Shown here: in pieces, positions 34,941 through 46,638 of the stretch
Layout of the letters: the number at the start of each line of letters is the position of its first letter
Numbering within the stretch: the stretch's first letter is position 1
Assembly: GCA_036378475.1 (NCBI GenBank)
Contig: DASUWJ010000040.1
Location: 1-50,598 of the forward strand
Length of the DNA: 50,598 nt
Reading direction: 5' to 3'
From: Gaiellaceae bacterium
GTDB taxonomy: Bacteria; Actinomycetota; Thermoleophilia; Gaiellales; Gaiellaceae
Translations under genes and position numbers: made by a program
Notes under the pieces: model-generated
What the model saw: the letters and a program-made list of their open reading frames with translations, nothing else
The model's database searches: none
What the model was told of the DNA's origin: nothing

Positions 34941-35995
34941 TGCCGGTGCTCCCGGTCGGAGACGTCAAAGATTTCGGCGACCTCGTCGGAGATTCGGTCC
35001 GGCCGAGAAGGGGTCGGGAGCAGGCGAACGTGCTTCGGCAGCGGCTCCGGCTCGACGGGCTCCGCGGGCTCCTCGCCGCGGCGGCGAAACCAGCGACGCC
35101 GGGGGCGCGGACGCAGCGGCTCGAGGGTCGGCCGTGACGGCCGTTCCGCCTCCCCGGCCGCCGCAGGCGGGAGCTCGGCCGGCGTCGGCTCCGGCTCGCC
35201 GGGTGCCTCCGGTTCCGGCTCGGGCTCCGGCTCGGACTCCGCTTGCACGGGCTCCGGCGCGTCGTCCGGGCGCCGGCCGGGCAGCGCTGCAGCTTCCACC
35301 TCGAGCGGCGAGACGATTCCGGTCGCGGGCTCGGGCTCTGCTTCGGGCTCCGGCTCCGGCTCCGCGCCGGGCTCGGCTCCAGGCTCCTGCGCGGGCTCGG
35401 GCCCGGCCCGCTCGTTCTGTTCGGGCAGGACGACGGCGTCCACCTCGAGCCGTGAAACAACCACGGCCTCGGGTTCGGCTCCCGGTTCGGAGTCGCTTCT
35501 TGGTTCGGGCTGGAAGTCCGGCTCGGACTCTCGTTCGGGTTCGGCTTCCGGTTCGGGCTGGAAGCCCCAGGCGGGTTCTCGGGGGGTCCACGCTGGCGGC
35601 TCGGGCTCCTCCTCTCGCGTGAGCTCGGGCCGGGCGCTCGCTTCCGGAAGCGCGACGGCGTCGACCTCGAGCCGCGAGACGATTACCGTCGCCGGCTCGA
35701 GCTCGGGCAGCGGCTCGGCATCGGGCTCCGCCGCGGCTTCGGGCTCCGGCTCCGGCTCGGCCAACTCGGCGCGTCTCGGCCGTGCGGTCACGGCCATGTA
35801 GCCGGGACGCCGCCACGGAGGCACGGCCGCCCAAACCCGCTCGGTCGTCAGCTCGAGCAGAGAGACAACGAGCCAACCGGCAAGCATCAGGAGCAGGATC
35901 CACGTGGTCGCCAGATCCGCGAAGCCTGCACCGACAGCTAGCGCGATCAGGAAGAGCGCTTCGATTGCAAAGCGGGGCCCCAGTCGTCCCGGCAT
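34937..35995 (-). CDS. Hypothetical 2-TM membrane protein with long acidic Pro/Glu-rich tail carrying a 3x repeated motif
   Basis: 352 aa. The N-terminus is RFAIEALFLIALAVGAGF...ILLLMLAGWLVVSLLE. The repeats are VIVSRLEVDAVALPE, VVVSRLEVDAVVLPE and GIVSPLEVEAAALPG, separated by PEPE-rich spacers. A basic patch RPRPRRRWFRRRG lies near the C-terminus. Confidence 0.7.
   Translation of the reverse strand: MPGRLGPRFAIEALFLIALAVGAGFADLATTWILLLMLAGWLVVSLLELTTERVWAAVPPWRRPGYMAVTARPRRAELAEPEPEPEAAAEPDAEPLPELEPATVIVSRLEVDAVALPEASARPELTREEEPEPPAWTPREPAWGFQPEPEAEPERESEPDFQPEPRSDSEPGAEPEAVVVSRLEVDAVVLPEQNERAGPEPAQEPGAEPGAEPEPEPEAEPEPATGIVSPLEVEAAALPGRRPDDAPEPVQAESEPEPEPEPEAPGEPEPTPAELPPAAAGEAERPSRPTLEPLRPRPRRRWFRRRGEEPAEPVEPEPLPKHVRLLPTPSRPDRISDEVAEIFDVSDREHRQ
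35279..35692 (-). repeat. Three dispersed copies of a ~45-nt coding repeat (VSRLEVDAVxLPE motif) within low-complexity GAG/CCG-rich sequence
   Basis: Plus-strand copies gacggcgtcgacctcgagccgcgagacga (about 35650-35690), gacggcgtccacctcgagccgtgaaaca (about 35430-35465) and a more diverged copy cttccacctcgagcggcgagacga (about 35290-35320). Confidence 0.6.
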
Positions 35996-36007
35996 ACCGC
36001 CGAGAGA

Positions 36008-36904
36008 CTAGCGCTCGTTTCCGTCCGAGTCCTCGCTCTCCGGCTCGGCCGCGGTGACCGGCGGCTCCACCGGAGCCGGGACGGAAAGCGGCGGCGCGGC
36101 GGAGGCAGGCGGGGAAGGCGCACCGGGTGGCGCGGCTCCCTCACTCTCCGAGCGCTGGCCGCTGAGAGTGCCGCGGCTCGCCTCGGTCTGCAGCTCCGCT
36201 GCCTCGACGATCTTCTCGACGACGCCGGCGATCGCCTCGTCGCCGAGCCCCGCTGCGGCGAGCAGCTGCTCGGCTCCCTGCTGGGCCCGCCCGATCACGA
36301 TCGCCGCCTGCGCGCGCGCCCACTCGAGCGTCTGCTCGACCTCGGCGCGGGCCGCATTCGTCAGGTCGGTCGCCTGGTGGCGGGCCTGCTCGAGCAGACG
36401 GTTCGCGCGGGCCTCGGCCTCGCGGATCTCCTGGGTCGACTGGCGCTGGGCCTCGCCCTGCAGCTCTCTCGCCTCGTTCCGCGCGTTGTTCATCAGCTCG
36501 GCGCGCATGCGCTCGCTCTCTTGGCGGTAGCGCTCGACCTCGGCCTCGCGCGCCTGCAGCTCGCGCTGGCGGCGTGAGACCTCTTCCTCGGTCCGTCGCA
36601 GCTGGGAGGCCGAAGCGGTCTGGGCGTCGCGCTCGATCGTGTCGGCCATGTCGGCGGCCGCGCGGATCAGATGGAGGGCATCCATGCGGACGGCGTGACC
36701 CGTCGGCTCCACCTGGCCGCTTCGCGCGGCGGCCTGGAGCACCCGCAGCTGCACCTGCAGCTGCGTCGCGTGGCGGCGGAACGACTCGAAGGCCTCCTGG
36801 ACCCGCTGGGGGTCGTACCCTCCTCCGGGCAGGCTCGGCAGCTCCTCGACGCTCGGAAGCGGCGTCAAAGAAGCCTGCGTTGATCCTCTGCCTTCGGTAG
36901 CCAT
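36008..36904 (-). CDS. DivIVA-domain-like coiled-coil protein
   Basis: 298 aa. GGYDPQRVQEAFESF resembles the DivIVA-domain RGYD..EVD.FL motif. A ~170-aa Glu/Arg/Ala/Gln-rich coiled coil and a Pro/Ala/Ser-rich acidic tail follow. Confidence 0.6.
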   Translation of the reverse strand: MATEGRGSTQASLTPLPSVEELPSLPGGGYDPQRVQEAFESFRRHATQLQVQLRVLQAAARSGQVEPTGHAVRMDALHLIRAAADMADTIERDAQTASASQLRRTEEEVSRRQRELQAREAEVERYRQESERMRAELMNNARNEARELQGEAQRQSTQEIREAEARANRLLEQARHQATDLTNAARAEVEQTLEWARAQAAIVIGRAQQGAEQLLAAAGLGDEAIAGVVEKIVEAAELQTEASRGTLSGQRSESEGAAPPGAPSPPASAAPPLSVPAPVEPPVTAAEPESEDSDGNER

Positions 36905-36951
36905 CTCTCGGGGAAGTATGGCGACTCCATCGGCGAAATCGCCACTTTCGG

Positions 36952-38687
<1,736 letters not shown>

Positions 38688-38691
<4 letters not shown>

Positions 38692-39908
38692 AGTTCCCCG
38701 GCTTCCAGGGTCTCGAGCTCGCGGTCCCGCTCGCCGGCCCGGCGGATCGTGAACCCGCCGCTCCTGACGATCACGGTCGTCTCGGCGCCCGAGCGCTGGG
38801 CCTGGGTCAGCTGGCCCTTGAGCGAGCGGCCGGCGTAGTCCGTGTCGACGGCACGGCCCTCGCGGCGAAGCGCGGCGAGGAGAGGGAGCACCTGCTCCCT
38901 GCGCTCGGGCGCCTCGAAGGCGAAGAAGATCTCGAGCGGTTCCGGCTCGCGCTCGACTCCCTGCTCCCCGAGCGAGATCAGAGCGCGCTCGATCCCCGCC
39001 GCCCAGCCGACGGCCGGCGTGGGCCGGCCGCCGATCTCCTCGAGCAGATAGTCGTAGCGGCCACCCCCACAGAGCGAGTCCTGCGCGCCGAGCGCCTCGC
39101 CAACGAACTCGAAGGTCGTCCGCGTGTAGTAGTCGAGGCCGCGGACGAGCGTCGGCACGAGCCGGTAGCGGACGCCGTAGGCATCGAGATAGCGCTGCAC
39201 CTGCCCGAAGTGCCGCCGGCACTCGTCGCAGAGCGAGTCGCCGATCTTCGGTGCCGCGGCCAGCGCCTCCTGGACGCGGGGGTTCTTGCTGTCGAAGACG
39301 CGCAGCGGGCTCGTCGCCCGTTTCCCGCGCGCCTCCTCGTCGAGCTCGCCGCTGTGGGCGTCGAGCCAGGCCTCGAGCTCCTGGAGGTAGCGGGGACGGC
39401 AGCTCCGGTCGCCGATCGAGTTCAGCTCGAGCGTCCACTCCTCGATCCCGAGCCGGCGCAGGAGCTCCGCGAAGAGCTGGATCAGCTCGGCGTCGATCGC
39501 GGGGTCGTCCGAGCCGAGCGCCTCGACGTTCAGCTGCCAGAACTCGCGGTAGCGGCCCTTCTGGGGCGCCGCGTAGCGGAACATCGGGCCGGCCGTGAAC
39601 GTCTTCACCGGCTGCGGCTCGCGGTGCAGGCCGTGCTCGATGTAGGCGCGTGCCGTCGGGGCCGTCGCCTCCGGCCGCAGGGTCAACGAGCGCTCGGAGC
39701 GGTCCTTGAAGGTGTACATCTCCTTCTGCACGATGTCCGAGCCCGCGCCGGAGGTGCGGGCGAAGAGCTCCGTCTCCTCGAAGGTCGGCGTCGTCAGGCG
39801 CCGGTAGCCGTAGCGGCGGCAGGTCTCCTCCGCCTCGCGCAGCAGCCACTCGCGCAGCGGCTGCTGCGACGGCAGCACGTCGTAGGTTCCTCGGGGCGCC
39901 TTGATCAA
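38688..39908 (-). CDS. hisS: Histidine--tRNA ligase
   Basis: 406 aa: APRGTYDVLP, LRPEATAPTARAY, MFRYAAPQKGRYREFWQ and GGGRYD. The TTG start overlaps the upstream stop (TTGA). Confidence 0.93.
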
Positions 39909-40543
39909 CTCGACCGGAGCTCGGCGAGGAACGGGTTCCGGGCGAGCTCCGCGCCGAGCGTCGTCTCCGGGCCGTGGCCCGGGTAAACGACCGTCTCCGG
40001 CGAAAAGCGCTCGGCGAGCATCCGGATCGACTCGACGAGCGTGTCCCAGTCGGCCAGGGGCAGGTCGGTGCGGCCGACGGAGCCGGCAAAGAGGACGTCG
40101 CCGGAGAAGAGGCTTCCCTCCCCGTAGTAGGCGAGGTGCGCGGGCGAGTGGCCCGGCACCCGGAGCGTCTCGAAGCTGATCCCCGCGAGCTCGAGCGTCT
40201 CGTCGCCCTCGAGCACGACGTCCGGCGTGTAGGGGCGCAGGTGCACGCCCGGCGGTGTGAAGTCATTGATCCGCTCGAGCGCGATCCGCTCCCGCTCCGC
40301 CATATGGACCGGTGCGCCCGTCCCCTCGGCCAGGTCGGCCACGCCGCCCAGGTGGTCCCAGTGGCCGTGGGTGACGAGGATCGCGACGCAGCGCGCGCCG
40401 AGCCGCGCGAGCTCGAGCCGAAGCTCAGCGGCGTCGCCACCCGGGTCGACGACGACCGCCTCGGAGGCGCCGAGCGAGGCCCGGACGAGGTAGCAGTTCG
40501 TCCCGATCGGACCGAGCTCGTAGCGCTCGACGGCGAGGCTCAT
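39905..40543 (-). CDS. MBL-fold metallo-hydrolase (glyoxalase II-like)
   Basis: 212 aa with the THGHWDHLGG motif, VPGHSPAH, and GDVLFAGSVGRTD. Confidence 0.88.
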   Translation of the reverse strand: MSLAVERYELGPIGTNCYLVRASLGASEAVVVDPGGDAAELRLELARLGARCVAILVTHGHWDHLGGVADLAEGTGAPVHMAERERIALERINDFTPPGVHLRPYTPDVVLEGDETLELAGISFETLRVPGHSPAHLAYYGEGSLFSGDVLFAGSVGRTDLPLADWDTLVESIRMLAERFSPETVVYPGHGPETTLGAELARNPFLAELRSS

Positions 40544-40596
40544 GGCGGCCGAGTCTAGCGGCGCCCTTTCGCCGAAACCGCATAGGATCCGCCGCC

Positions 40597-40932
40597 GTGC
40601 AGCACTGGAATCTCCAGCAGCTCGAGACGCCGGGCGGCAGCCGCTCGCCGCTCGTCCTCGACGCGGCGGACGAGACGGCGCGGGCGGTCCTGATCGGGCT
40701 CGAGCCCGGGCAGTCGCTCGGCGACCACCAGGTCAAGGAGCACGCCTTCCTCGTCGTCCTCGAGGGACAGGTCCGCGCCGAGGCGGGCGGCGAGGCGGTC
40801 GACGCCGAGGCCGGCAGCCTGCTTCGCTTCTCGCCCGACGAGCGCCACTCGGTCTCGAGCGCCGAGGGCGCCCGGCTGCTGATGCTGCTCGCGCCCTGGC
40901 CCGGCGCCGGCCACTACCGCGGCAGCCTCTAG
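40597..40932 (+). CDS. Cupin domain protein
   Basis: 111 aa starting at GTG. LGDHQVKEHAFLVVLEGQV....G....AGSLLRFSPDERHSV is a cupin two-motif pattern. Its TAG stop shares the palindrome CTAG (40929-40932) with the convergent gene stop. Confidence 0.72.
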   Translation: MQHWNLQQLETPGGSRSPLVLDAADETARAVLIGLEPGQSLGDHQVKEHAFLVVLEGQVRAEAGGEAVDAEAGSLLRFSPDERHSVSSAEGARLLMLLAPWPGAGHYRGSL

Positions 40933-41351
40933 CGGCGCTTGCCGCCCGGATCCTGCCCCGAGCGGCGCAGGTACGAGCGGTAGGCGGTCCGGTCCATCAC
41001 GTAGGTGAGCGGGATGAACAGGACCGAGTAGCCGAGCGAGGCGATCACGCGCGAGGAGATCGCGGCGTGCTTGTTGACGAGCGAGAAGACGATGAAAAAG
41101 AGCGGCAGGAAGAGGAGCGAGCGCTTTAGAGCCCGGTTCCACGAGGGCGGCCGGTACTCGCGCGCGGGGCGGTCGCCTCGCTTCTGGCCACCCTTCGCCT
41201 CCTTGCCGTTCTTGGTCGCCCGGTCCCGGCGCCCCGGCCGCTCGGGCTCGGGCGGAGCCTCAAGCTCGTGGCCCTCGTCGTCTACGTAGACGTACTCGTA
41301 CTCGTGGCGACGGTCCTTCTGGCGCCGCCGGCGCTGCTTGCGCGAGGGCAT
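40929..41351 (-). CDS. Hypothetical membrane protein with highly basic N-terminus
   Basis: From ATG 41351 the protein reads MPSRKQRRRRQKDRRHEYEYVYVDDEGHE.... Two predicted TM helices follow (LLFLPLFFIVFSLV and LGYSVLFIPLTYV). No homology was recognised. Confidence 0.5.
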   Translation of the reverse strand: MPSRKQRRRRQKDRRHEYEYVYVDDEGHELEAPPEPERPGRRDRATKNGKEAKGGQKRGDRPAREYRPPSWNRALKRSLLFLPLFFIVFSLVNKHAAISSRVIASLGYSVLFIPLTYVMDRTAYRSYLRRSGQDPGGKRR

Positions 41352-41382
41352 CGAGACCAAGCCTATCGCGGTGGCTTCGGGC

Positions 41383-41889
41383 TCAGCGATCAGGCTCGAG
41401 CTCGAGCTCGAGGTACGCCGTCCCGGGAATCGGATTGACCCGGTAGGGCTCGATCTTCCGGAAGCCAAGCGAGCGGTAGAGCGCGCGGGCGGCGTCCATC
41501 GAGGGCACCGTATCGAGGCGAATCCTCCGGTAGCCGAGCCGGACCGCCTCGCCCATGGCCGCCTCCGCCAACCGCCGGCCGAGACCGCCTCCGCGCAGCG
41601 ACGGCCGGACGTACAGACGCTTCAGCTCGCAGGTCTCGACCTCGAGCGGGCGCAGGGCGACGCAACCGACCGCCCTGCCGTCCTCGCGGGCGAGGAGCAG
41701 GACGCCGCCCGGGGGTGCGTAGGCACCCGGCAGGCCGCGGAGCTCACGCTCGAAGTCCTGGAAGCCGAGGTCGAATCCGAGCGAATCCGCATACTCGAGG
41801 AAGAGCTCCCGGGCAGACTCGACGTCGGAGCCACTGCTCGCGGCGGCGATCTCGAGCAAGCGGCCGGCCGCCTCAGCGCCGCCAGGCAA
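41383..41889 (-). CDS. GNAT family N-acetyltransferase
   Basis: 168 aa: [51 protein letters not shown]...[10 protein letters not shown]. It overlaps the hutI 3' end by 17 nt. Confidence 0.8.
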   Translation of the reverse strand: MPGGAEAAGRLLEIAAASSGSDVESARELFLEYADSLGFDLGFQDFERELRGLPGAYAPPGGVLLLAREDGRAVGCVALRPLEVETCELKRLYVRPSLRGGGLGRRLAEAAMGEAVRLGYRRIRLDTVPSMDAARALYRSLGFRKIEPYRVNPIPGTAYLELELEPDR

Positions 41890-43111
41890 CCTCGCCGCCC
41901 TTGATCACCGAGGCGACGAGGTCGCCCCCGAGGTGGTAGGCGAGGTAGCGCCAGTCGGGCGCGTCGAGGAGCACGAGATCGGCCGTGTAGCCGGGCGCGA
42001 TCCGGCCGAGCTCGCCCGCGCGGGCGAGCACGTGAGCCGCGTTGACCGTGCAGGCGCCGAGCGCCTCGCCGGGCGAGAGATGGAGCTGCGTGGCGGCGAG
42101 CGAGCAGACGAGCGGCAGGCTCTCGCAGAAGGCGCTGCCCGGGTTGAAGTCGGTCGCGAGCGCGATCGCGGCGCCGGCTTCGACGAGCTCGCGCGCCGGG
42201 GGCATCGGCCGGTCGAGGAAGAGTGCGCTCGCGGGCAGCAGTACGCCGACGACCTCACTCGCCGCGAGCGCGCGGATGCCGCCGGTGCCCGTTTCCTCCA
42301 GGTGGTCGACCGAGCGCGCCTCGAGCTCGACCGCGAGCTCGACGGCGCCCTGCTCGCTGAACTGGTCGCCATGTAGGCGCAGCGCGAGCCCCGCGGCCGC
42401 GCAGGCCTCGAGGTAGCGCCGTGCTTGCCCGGTGCTGAAGGCACCCTCCTCCACGAAGACGTCGGCCGCCTCCGCGAGCTGGGCGGCCTGCGGCAGCACC
42501 TCGAAGAGCGCGAACTCGAGATATGCATCCGCGTCGGCGAACTCCGGCGGCACGGCGTGGGCGCCGAGCCAAGTCGGTACTCCGCCAGCGGCCCGGACTG
42601 CCCGCAGCGAGGCGAGCTCGGTCTCCCGGTCGAGGCCGTAGCCCGACTTCGCCTCGAAGCTCGTCGTGCCCGCCCGGAGCATCCAGTCGCGATGGCGCCG
42701 GACGACCTCGGTGAGGCCCGCCTCGCCCGCTGCGCGGGTCGCCCGTACGGTCGCCAGAATCCCGCCTCCCGCCGCGTGCAGCTCCTCGTAGCTCGCACCG
42801 ACGGCGCGAAGCTCGAACTCCTCGACGCGGTCGCCCGCGAAGCAGGCGTGGGTGTGGCAGTCGACGAGACCGGGGAGCGCGCAGAGCCCCCTGCCATCGA
42901 TTTCCTCGGCGCCGTCGACGGTGCCCGCCGCCAGCTCACGCATGCGGCCGTAGGCGCTGATCCGTCCGTCCTCGCAGAGGATGTAGGCGTCCTCGATCAC
43001 GTCCACCTCGCCGAGCTCGCCGCCGCGAAGCGGCGAACCGGCGCCCGCCGGGGTCGCCAGCTGGGCGAGCTCGCGAACGAGGAGCGTCGGCCCCCGCGCG
43101 GGCGCGCTCAC
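41873..43111 (-). CDS. hutI: Imidazolonepropionase
   Basis: This is the last 412 aa of the 859-aa ORF: [48 protein letters not shown] and [11 protein letters not shown] 43111 overlaps the hutU stop (GTGA). Confidence 0.92.
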   Translation of the reverse strand: MSAPARGPTLLVRELAQLATPAGAGSPLRGGELGEVDVIEDAYILCEDGRISAYGRMRELAAGTVDGAEEIDGRGLCALPGLVDCHTHACFAGDRVEEFELRAVGASYEELHAAGGGILATVRATRAAGEAGLTEVVRRHRDWMLRAGTTSFEAKSGYGLDRETELASLRAVRAAGGVPTWLGAHAVPPEFADADAYLEFALFEVLPQAAQLAEAADVFVEEGAFSTGQARRYLEACAAAGLALRLHGDQFSEQGAVELAVELEARSVDHLEETGTGGIRALAASEVVGVLLPASALFLDRPMPPARELVEAGAAIALATDFNPGSAFCESLPLVCSLAATQLHLSPGEALGACTVNAAHVLARAGELGRIAPGYTADLVLLDAPDWRYLAYHLGGDLVASVIKGGEVAWRR

Positions 43112-44820
43112 CCGCGGGCGCGGGGCTGAAGCGGCGGCTCGAGGCCCTCCCGCTCCGCGAACTCGATCGCCTCGCTGTAGCCCGCGTCGAGGTGACGCAT
43201 GACGCCCGTGCCCGGGTCGGCGCCGAGGACGCGCTCGAGGCGCTTGGCCATCTCGTCCGTGCCGTCGGCCAGGACAACCATCCCGGCGTGGATCGAGTTG
43301 CCGATCCCGACGCCGCCGCCGTGGTGGACGCTGACCCAGGTCGCCCCCGCCGCGACGTTGAGGAGCGCGTTCAGGACCGGCCAGTCGGCGATCGCGTCGG
43401 AGCCGTCGAGCATCGACTCCGTCTCCCGGTAGGGGGAGGCGACCGAGCCGGAGTCGAGGTGGTCGCGGCCGATCACGACCGGCGCCTTTAGCTTGCCCGT
43501 TCGCACGAGCTCGTTGATCGCGAGTCCCGCCCGGGCCCGGTCGCCGTAGCCGAGCCAGCAGATCCGCGCCGGCAGCCCCTGAAAAGCCACCCGCTCCGCC
43601 GCCAGCCCCAGCCAGCGCTGCAGCACCCGATCCTCGGGGAAGAGCGCCCTGAGCTCCTCGTCGATCACCGCGATGTCCGCCTCCTCGCCGGAGAGGGCGG
43701 CCCAGCGGAAGGGCCCCACCCCCCGGCAGAAGAGCGGCCGGATGTAGGCCGGCACGAAGCCCGGGTAGCCAAACGCGTCCTCGAGGCCCGCCTCCCGGGC
43801 CTCGCCGCGCAGGTTGTTGCCGTAGTCGAAGACGTGGCTGCCGTGCCCGAGGAAAGCCAGCAGACCCTCGACGTGCGAGACGATCGAGGCGCGAGCCCGC
43901 TCGAGGTACGCGTCGGGGTCGCGCTCGCGGAGCTCCGCCGCGGCCTCGACCGAGAGGCCCGCGGGCACGTAGCCCGTGAGCGGATCGTGGGCGGCGGTCT
44001 GGTCGGTGACGAGGTCGAAGTGCTCGCCGCGGCGGGCGAGCTCCGGCACGACCTCGGCCGCGTTGCCGAGCAGGCCCACCGACAAGGGCCTTCGCTCCGC
44101 GGCGGCGGAGCGAACGCGCGCCAGCGCGTCGTCGAGCGACTCCGTCGCCTCGTCCAGGTAGCGGGTCTCGAGCCGCCGCTTGATCCGGGCCGGGTCGACC
44201 TCGACGCAAAGAACGGCGGCGCCGGCGAGCGTTCCTGCCAGCGGCTGGGCGCCGCCCATGCCGCCGAGCCCTGCGGTCAGGATCGTGCGCCCGGCGAGAT
44301 CGGCGCTGCCGAAGTGCCGCTCGCCCGCCGTGGCGAAGGTCTGGTAGGTGCCCTGCAGGATCCCCTGCGTGCCGATGTAGATCCAGGAGCCGGCCGTCAT
44401 CTGGCCGAACATCGTCAGGCCGAGCGCCTCCAGGCGGCGGAACTCCTCCCAAGTTGCCCAGCGCGGGACGAGCAGTGAGTTCGCGATTAGGACGCGCGGC
44501 GCGCCCGGATGTGTCCGGAAGACCCCGACCGGCTTCCCGCTTTGGACGAGGAGCGTCTCGTCCTCGCCGAGGCGAAGCAAGGAGCGGACGATCCCCTTCA
44601 GCGCCTCGTGGCTCCTGGCCGCCCGACCCGAGCCGCCGTAGACGATCAGCTGCTCGGGCAGCTCGGCGACCTCTGGATCGAGGTTGTTGAGGAGCATCCG
44701 AAGCGGCGCCTCGGTCGACCAGGAGCGCGCGTTCAGGTCGGTGCCGCGCGGCGCCCGAATGCGGCTGAGATCGCCGCAGAGCCTCTCGATTGCCCCCTCG
44801 AGCGTGCCGGTCGCGCTCAT
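43108..44820 (-). CDS. hutU: Urocanate hydratase
   Basis: From ATG 44820 the protein reads MSATGTLEG...[32 protein letters not shown] and continues ...[13 protein letters not shown]...[12 protein letters not shown]. Length is 570 aa. Confidence 0.93.
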   Translation of the reverse strand: MSATGTLEGAIERLCGDLSRIRAPRGTDLNARSWSTEAPLRMLLNNLDPEVAELPEQLIVYGGSGRAARSHEALKGIVRSLLRLGEDETLLVQSGKPVGVFRTHPGAPRVLIANSLLVPRWATWEEFRRLEALGLTMFGQMTAGSWIYIGTQGILQGTYQTFATAGERHFGSADLAGRTILTAGLGGMGGAQPLAGTLAGAAVLCVEVDPARIKRRLETRYLDEATESLDDALARVRSAAAERRPLSVGLLGNAAEVVPELARRGEHFDLVTDQTAAHDPLTGYVPAGLSVEAAAELRERDPDAYLERARASIVSHVEGLLAFLGHGSHVFDYGNNLRGEAREAGLEDAFGYPGFVPAYIRPLFCRGVGPFRWAALSGEEADIAVIDEELRALFPEDRVLQRWLGLAAERVAFQGLPARICWLGYGDRARAGLAINELVRTGKLKAPVVIGRDHLDSGSVASPYRETESMLDGSDAIADWPVLNALLNVAAGATWVSVHHGGGVGIGNSIHAGMVVLADGTDEMAKRLERVLGADPGTGVMRHLDAGYSEAIEFAEREGLEPPLQPRARG

Positions 44821-45038
44821 CTGCCGCCCCGCTCCTGGATCCGGGCGCGAAAGCGCCACCAGCTCCAGGCGGTCGCGAAGACGAAGAAGCCGACCGCGGC
44901 CACGACCCCGCGGGCCAGGCCGCCGCCGGTGAAGACGGAGACGACGACGATCACGAGCGCCAAGACGGCGTAGAAGATCGCGCTGTCTCGAAACGGGTGC
45001 GCCGGCAGCGGACGCTCGCGCCGCTCGGGGATCCTCAT
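44817..45038 (-). CDS. 73-aa two-TM membrane protein embedded between hutH and hutU
   Basis: [73 protein letters not shown]. It has ATGA overlaps at both ends (45035-45038 with the hutH stop, 44817-44820 with the hutU start). Third codon positions are almost all G/C. Confidence 0.55.
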   Translation of the reverse strand: MRIPERRERPLPAHPFRDSAIFYAVLALVIVVVSVFTGGGLARGVVAAVGFFVFATAWSWWRFRARIQERGGR

Positions 45039-46579
45039 GAAAGCGGCCCTGTCTCCGATTCGACGGCGGCGACGAACCGCCCGTCGCGAATCGCGGCCGC
45101 GACCTCCTCGATGTCGGGCGCGAGCGGACGGTCGTCCCCGAGCCGAGGCGAGAACGAGCGGATCGCGGCATGGGCGGCGCGCGCCCCGGTCCCGGGCTCG
45201 AGCGGTGCCAGGAACTCCACCGCCTGGGCTCCCGCCAGGAGCTCGATCGCGAGCACCCGCTCGCAGTTGGCGAGCACCTGCCAGGCCTTGAGGCCGGAGG
45301 CGTTGCCCATCGAGACGTGGTCCTCCTGCCCGGCGCTCGTCGGAATCGAGTCGACGCTCGCCGGATGGCAGAGGGACTTGTTCTCGCTGACGAGCGAGGC
45401 GGCCACGTACTGCGGGATCATGAAGCCGGAGTTGAGACCGCCGTCTTGGGTCAGGAAGGCGGGCAGCCCTTCCGAGAGGGCCGGGTTGACGAGACGCTCG
45501 GTGCGTCGCTCGGAGATGTTCGCGAACTCGGAGACCGCCATCGCGAGCGCATCGAGCGCGAAGGCGAGCGGCTGGCCGTGGAAGTTCCCGTTCGAGAGCA
45601 AGAGCTCGTCGTCCACGAAGACGAGCGGGTTGTCGGTGGCGGCGTTCAGCTCCGTCGCGAGCGTCGCCTCGACGTAGGCGAGCAGGTCGCGCGAGGCCCC
45701 GTGTACCTGGGCGGCGCAGCGCAGCGAGTAGGCGTCCTGCACCTTGTCGCACCAGCGGTGCGACTCGATGATCGCCGAGCCCTCGAGCAGGGCGATCACG
45801 TTCGCCGCCGAGTCGAGCTGGCCGGGCAGCGGCCGGGCCTCGTGGATCTGCGGCAGGAAGCTCGTCCGTGACCCCTGCAGGGCCTCGAGCGAGAGCGCGC
45901 AGGCGATATCGGCCGTCTTGGCCAGGCGCCGGGCGCGCGCCACCCCGAGCGCGCCGAAGGCGGCCATGAACTGGGTCCCGTTGACGAGCGAGAGACCTTC
46001 CTTCGCCTGCAGCGAGACGGGCTTGAGACCGGCGGCCGCGAGGGCTTCCCGGCCGCCCACGCGGCGGCCGTCGAGCCAGGCCTCGCCCTCGCCGACGAGC
46101 GGCAGCGCCAGGTGGGCGAGCGGCGCCAGGTCGCCGCTCGCGCCGACCGAGCCGCGGCTCGGAACGTACGGCAGTACACCCCGGTTCAGGCACTCGACCA
46201 GGAGCTCCACCGTCTCCGGCCTGGCCCCGGAATACCCCTTTGCAAGCGCATTCGCGCGCAGGAGCATCGCCGCCCGCACGACCTCGTCTGGATACGGCTC
46301 GCCGACGCCGCAGGCGTGACTGCGCAGCAGGCGGAGCTGCAGCTCTCCGGTCAGCTCGGCCGGGATCTCGCGGGAGACGAAGCGCCCGAAACCGGTGTTG
46401 ATCCCGTAGGTGTGCTCGTTCGGGCCGTGTGCCGCGCGCTCGACGAGCTCGCGGGCACGGACGATCTTCTCGCGCGCCGAGCCGGCGAGCGAGGCGGGCC
46501 GCCGCTCGAGCGCGACCGCCCAGACAGCGTCGATCGAGAGGTCCTCCCCGGTCAGCTCGACGGCCGTTTGCAGGGCCAT
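45035..46579 (-). CDS. hutH: Histidine ammonia-lyase
   Basis: 514 aa with [17 protein letters not shown] (the MIO-forming ASG triad) and NTGFG. Confidence 0.93.
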   Translation of the reverse strand: MALQTAVELTGEDLSIDAVWAVALERRPASLAGSAREKIVRARELVERAAHGPNEHTYGINTGFGRFVSREIPAELTGELQLRLLRSHACGVGEPYPDEVVRAAMLLRANALAKGYSGARPETVELLVECLNRGVLPYVPSRGSVGASGDLAPLAHLALPLVGEGEAWLDGRRVGGREALAAAGLKPVSLQAKEGLSLVNGTQFMAAFGALGVARARRLAKTADIACALSLEALQGSRTSFLPQIHEARPLPGQLDSAANVIALLEGSAIIESHRWCDKVQDAYSLRCAAQVHGASRDLLAYVEATLATELNAATDNPLVFVDDELLLSNGNFHGQPLAFALDALAMAVSEFANISERRTERLVNPALSEGLPAFLTQDGGLNSGFMIPQYVAASLVSENKSLCHPASVDSIPTSAGQEDHVSMGNASGLKAWQVLANCERVLAIELLAGAQAVEFLAPLEPGTGARAAHAAIRSFSPRLGDDRPLAPDIEEVAAAIRDGRFVAAVESETGPLS

Positions 46580-46638
46580 TTCGCGCCCAGTCTAGCCCTG
46601 CCCGGGAGCCGGGCCGGAAGCGCGGGCCCGATGCCTGC

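Noticed and set aside
34400-35800. Highly repetitive ggctc[cg]gg / cgg[ct]tc hexamer-like DNA that could be mistaken for a CRISPR or satellite array
   Set aside because: There is no alternation of constant repeats and unique spacers. The periodicity is codon-level (Pro-Glu/Glu-Pro on the minus strand) inside two intact ORFs, and no cas genes are present.
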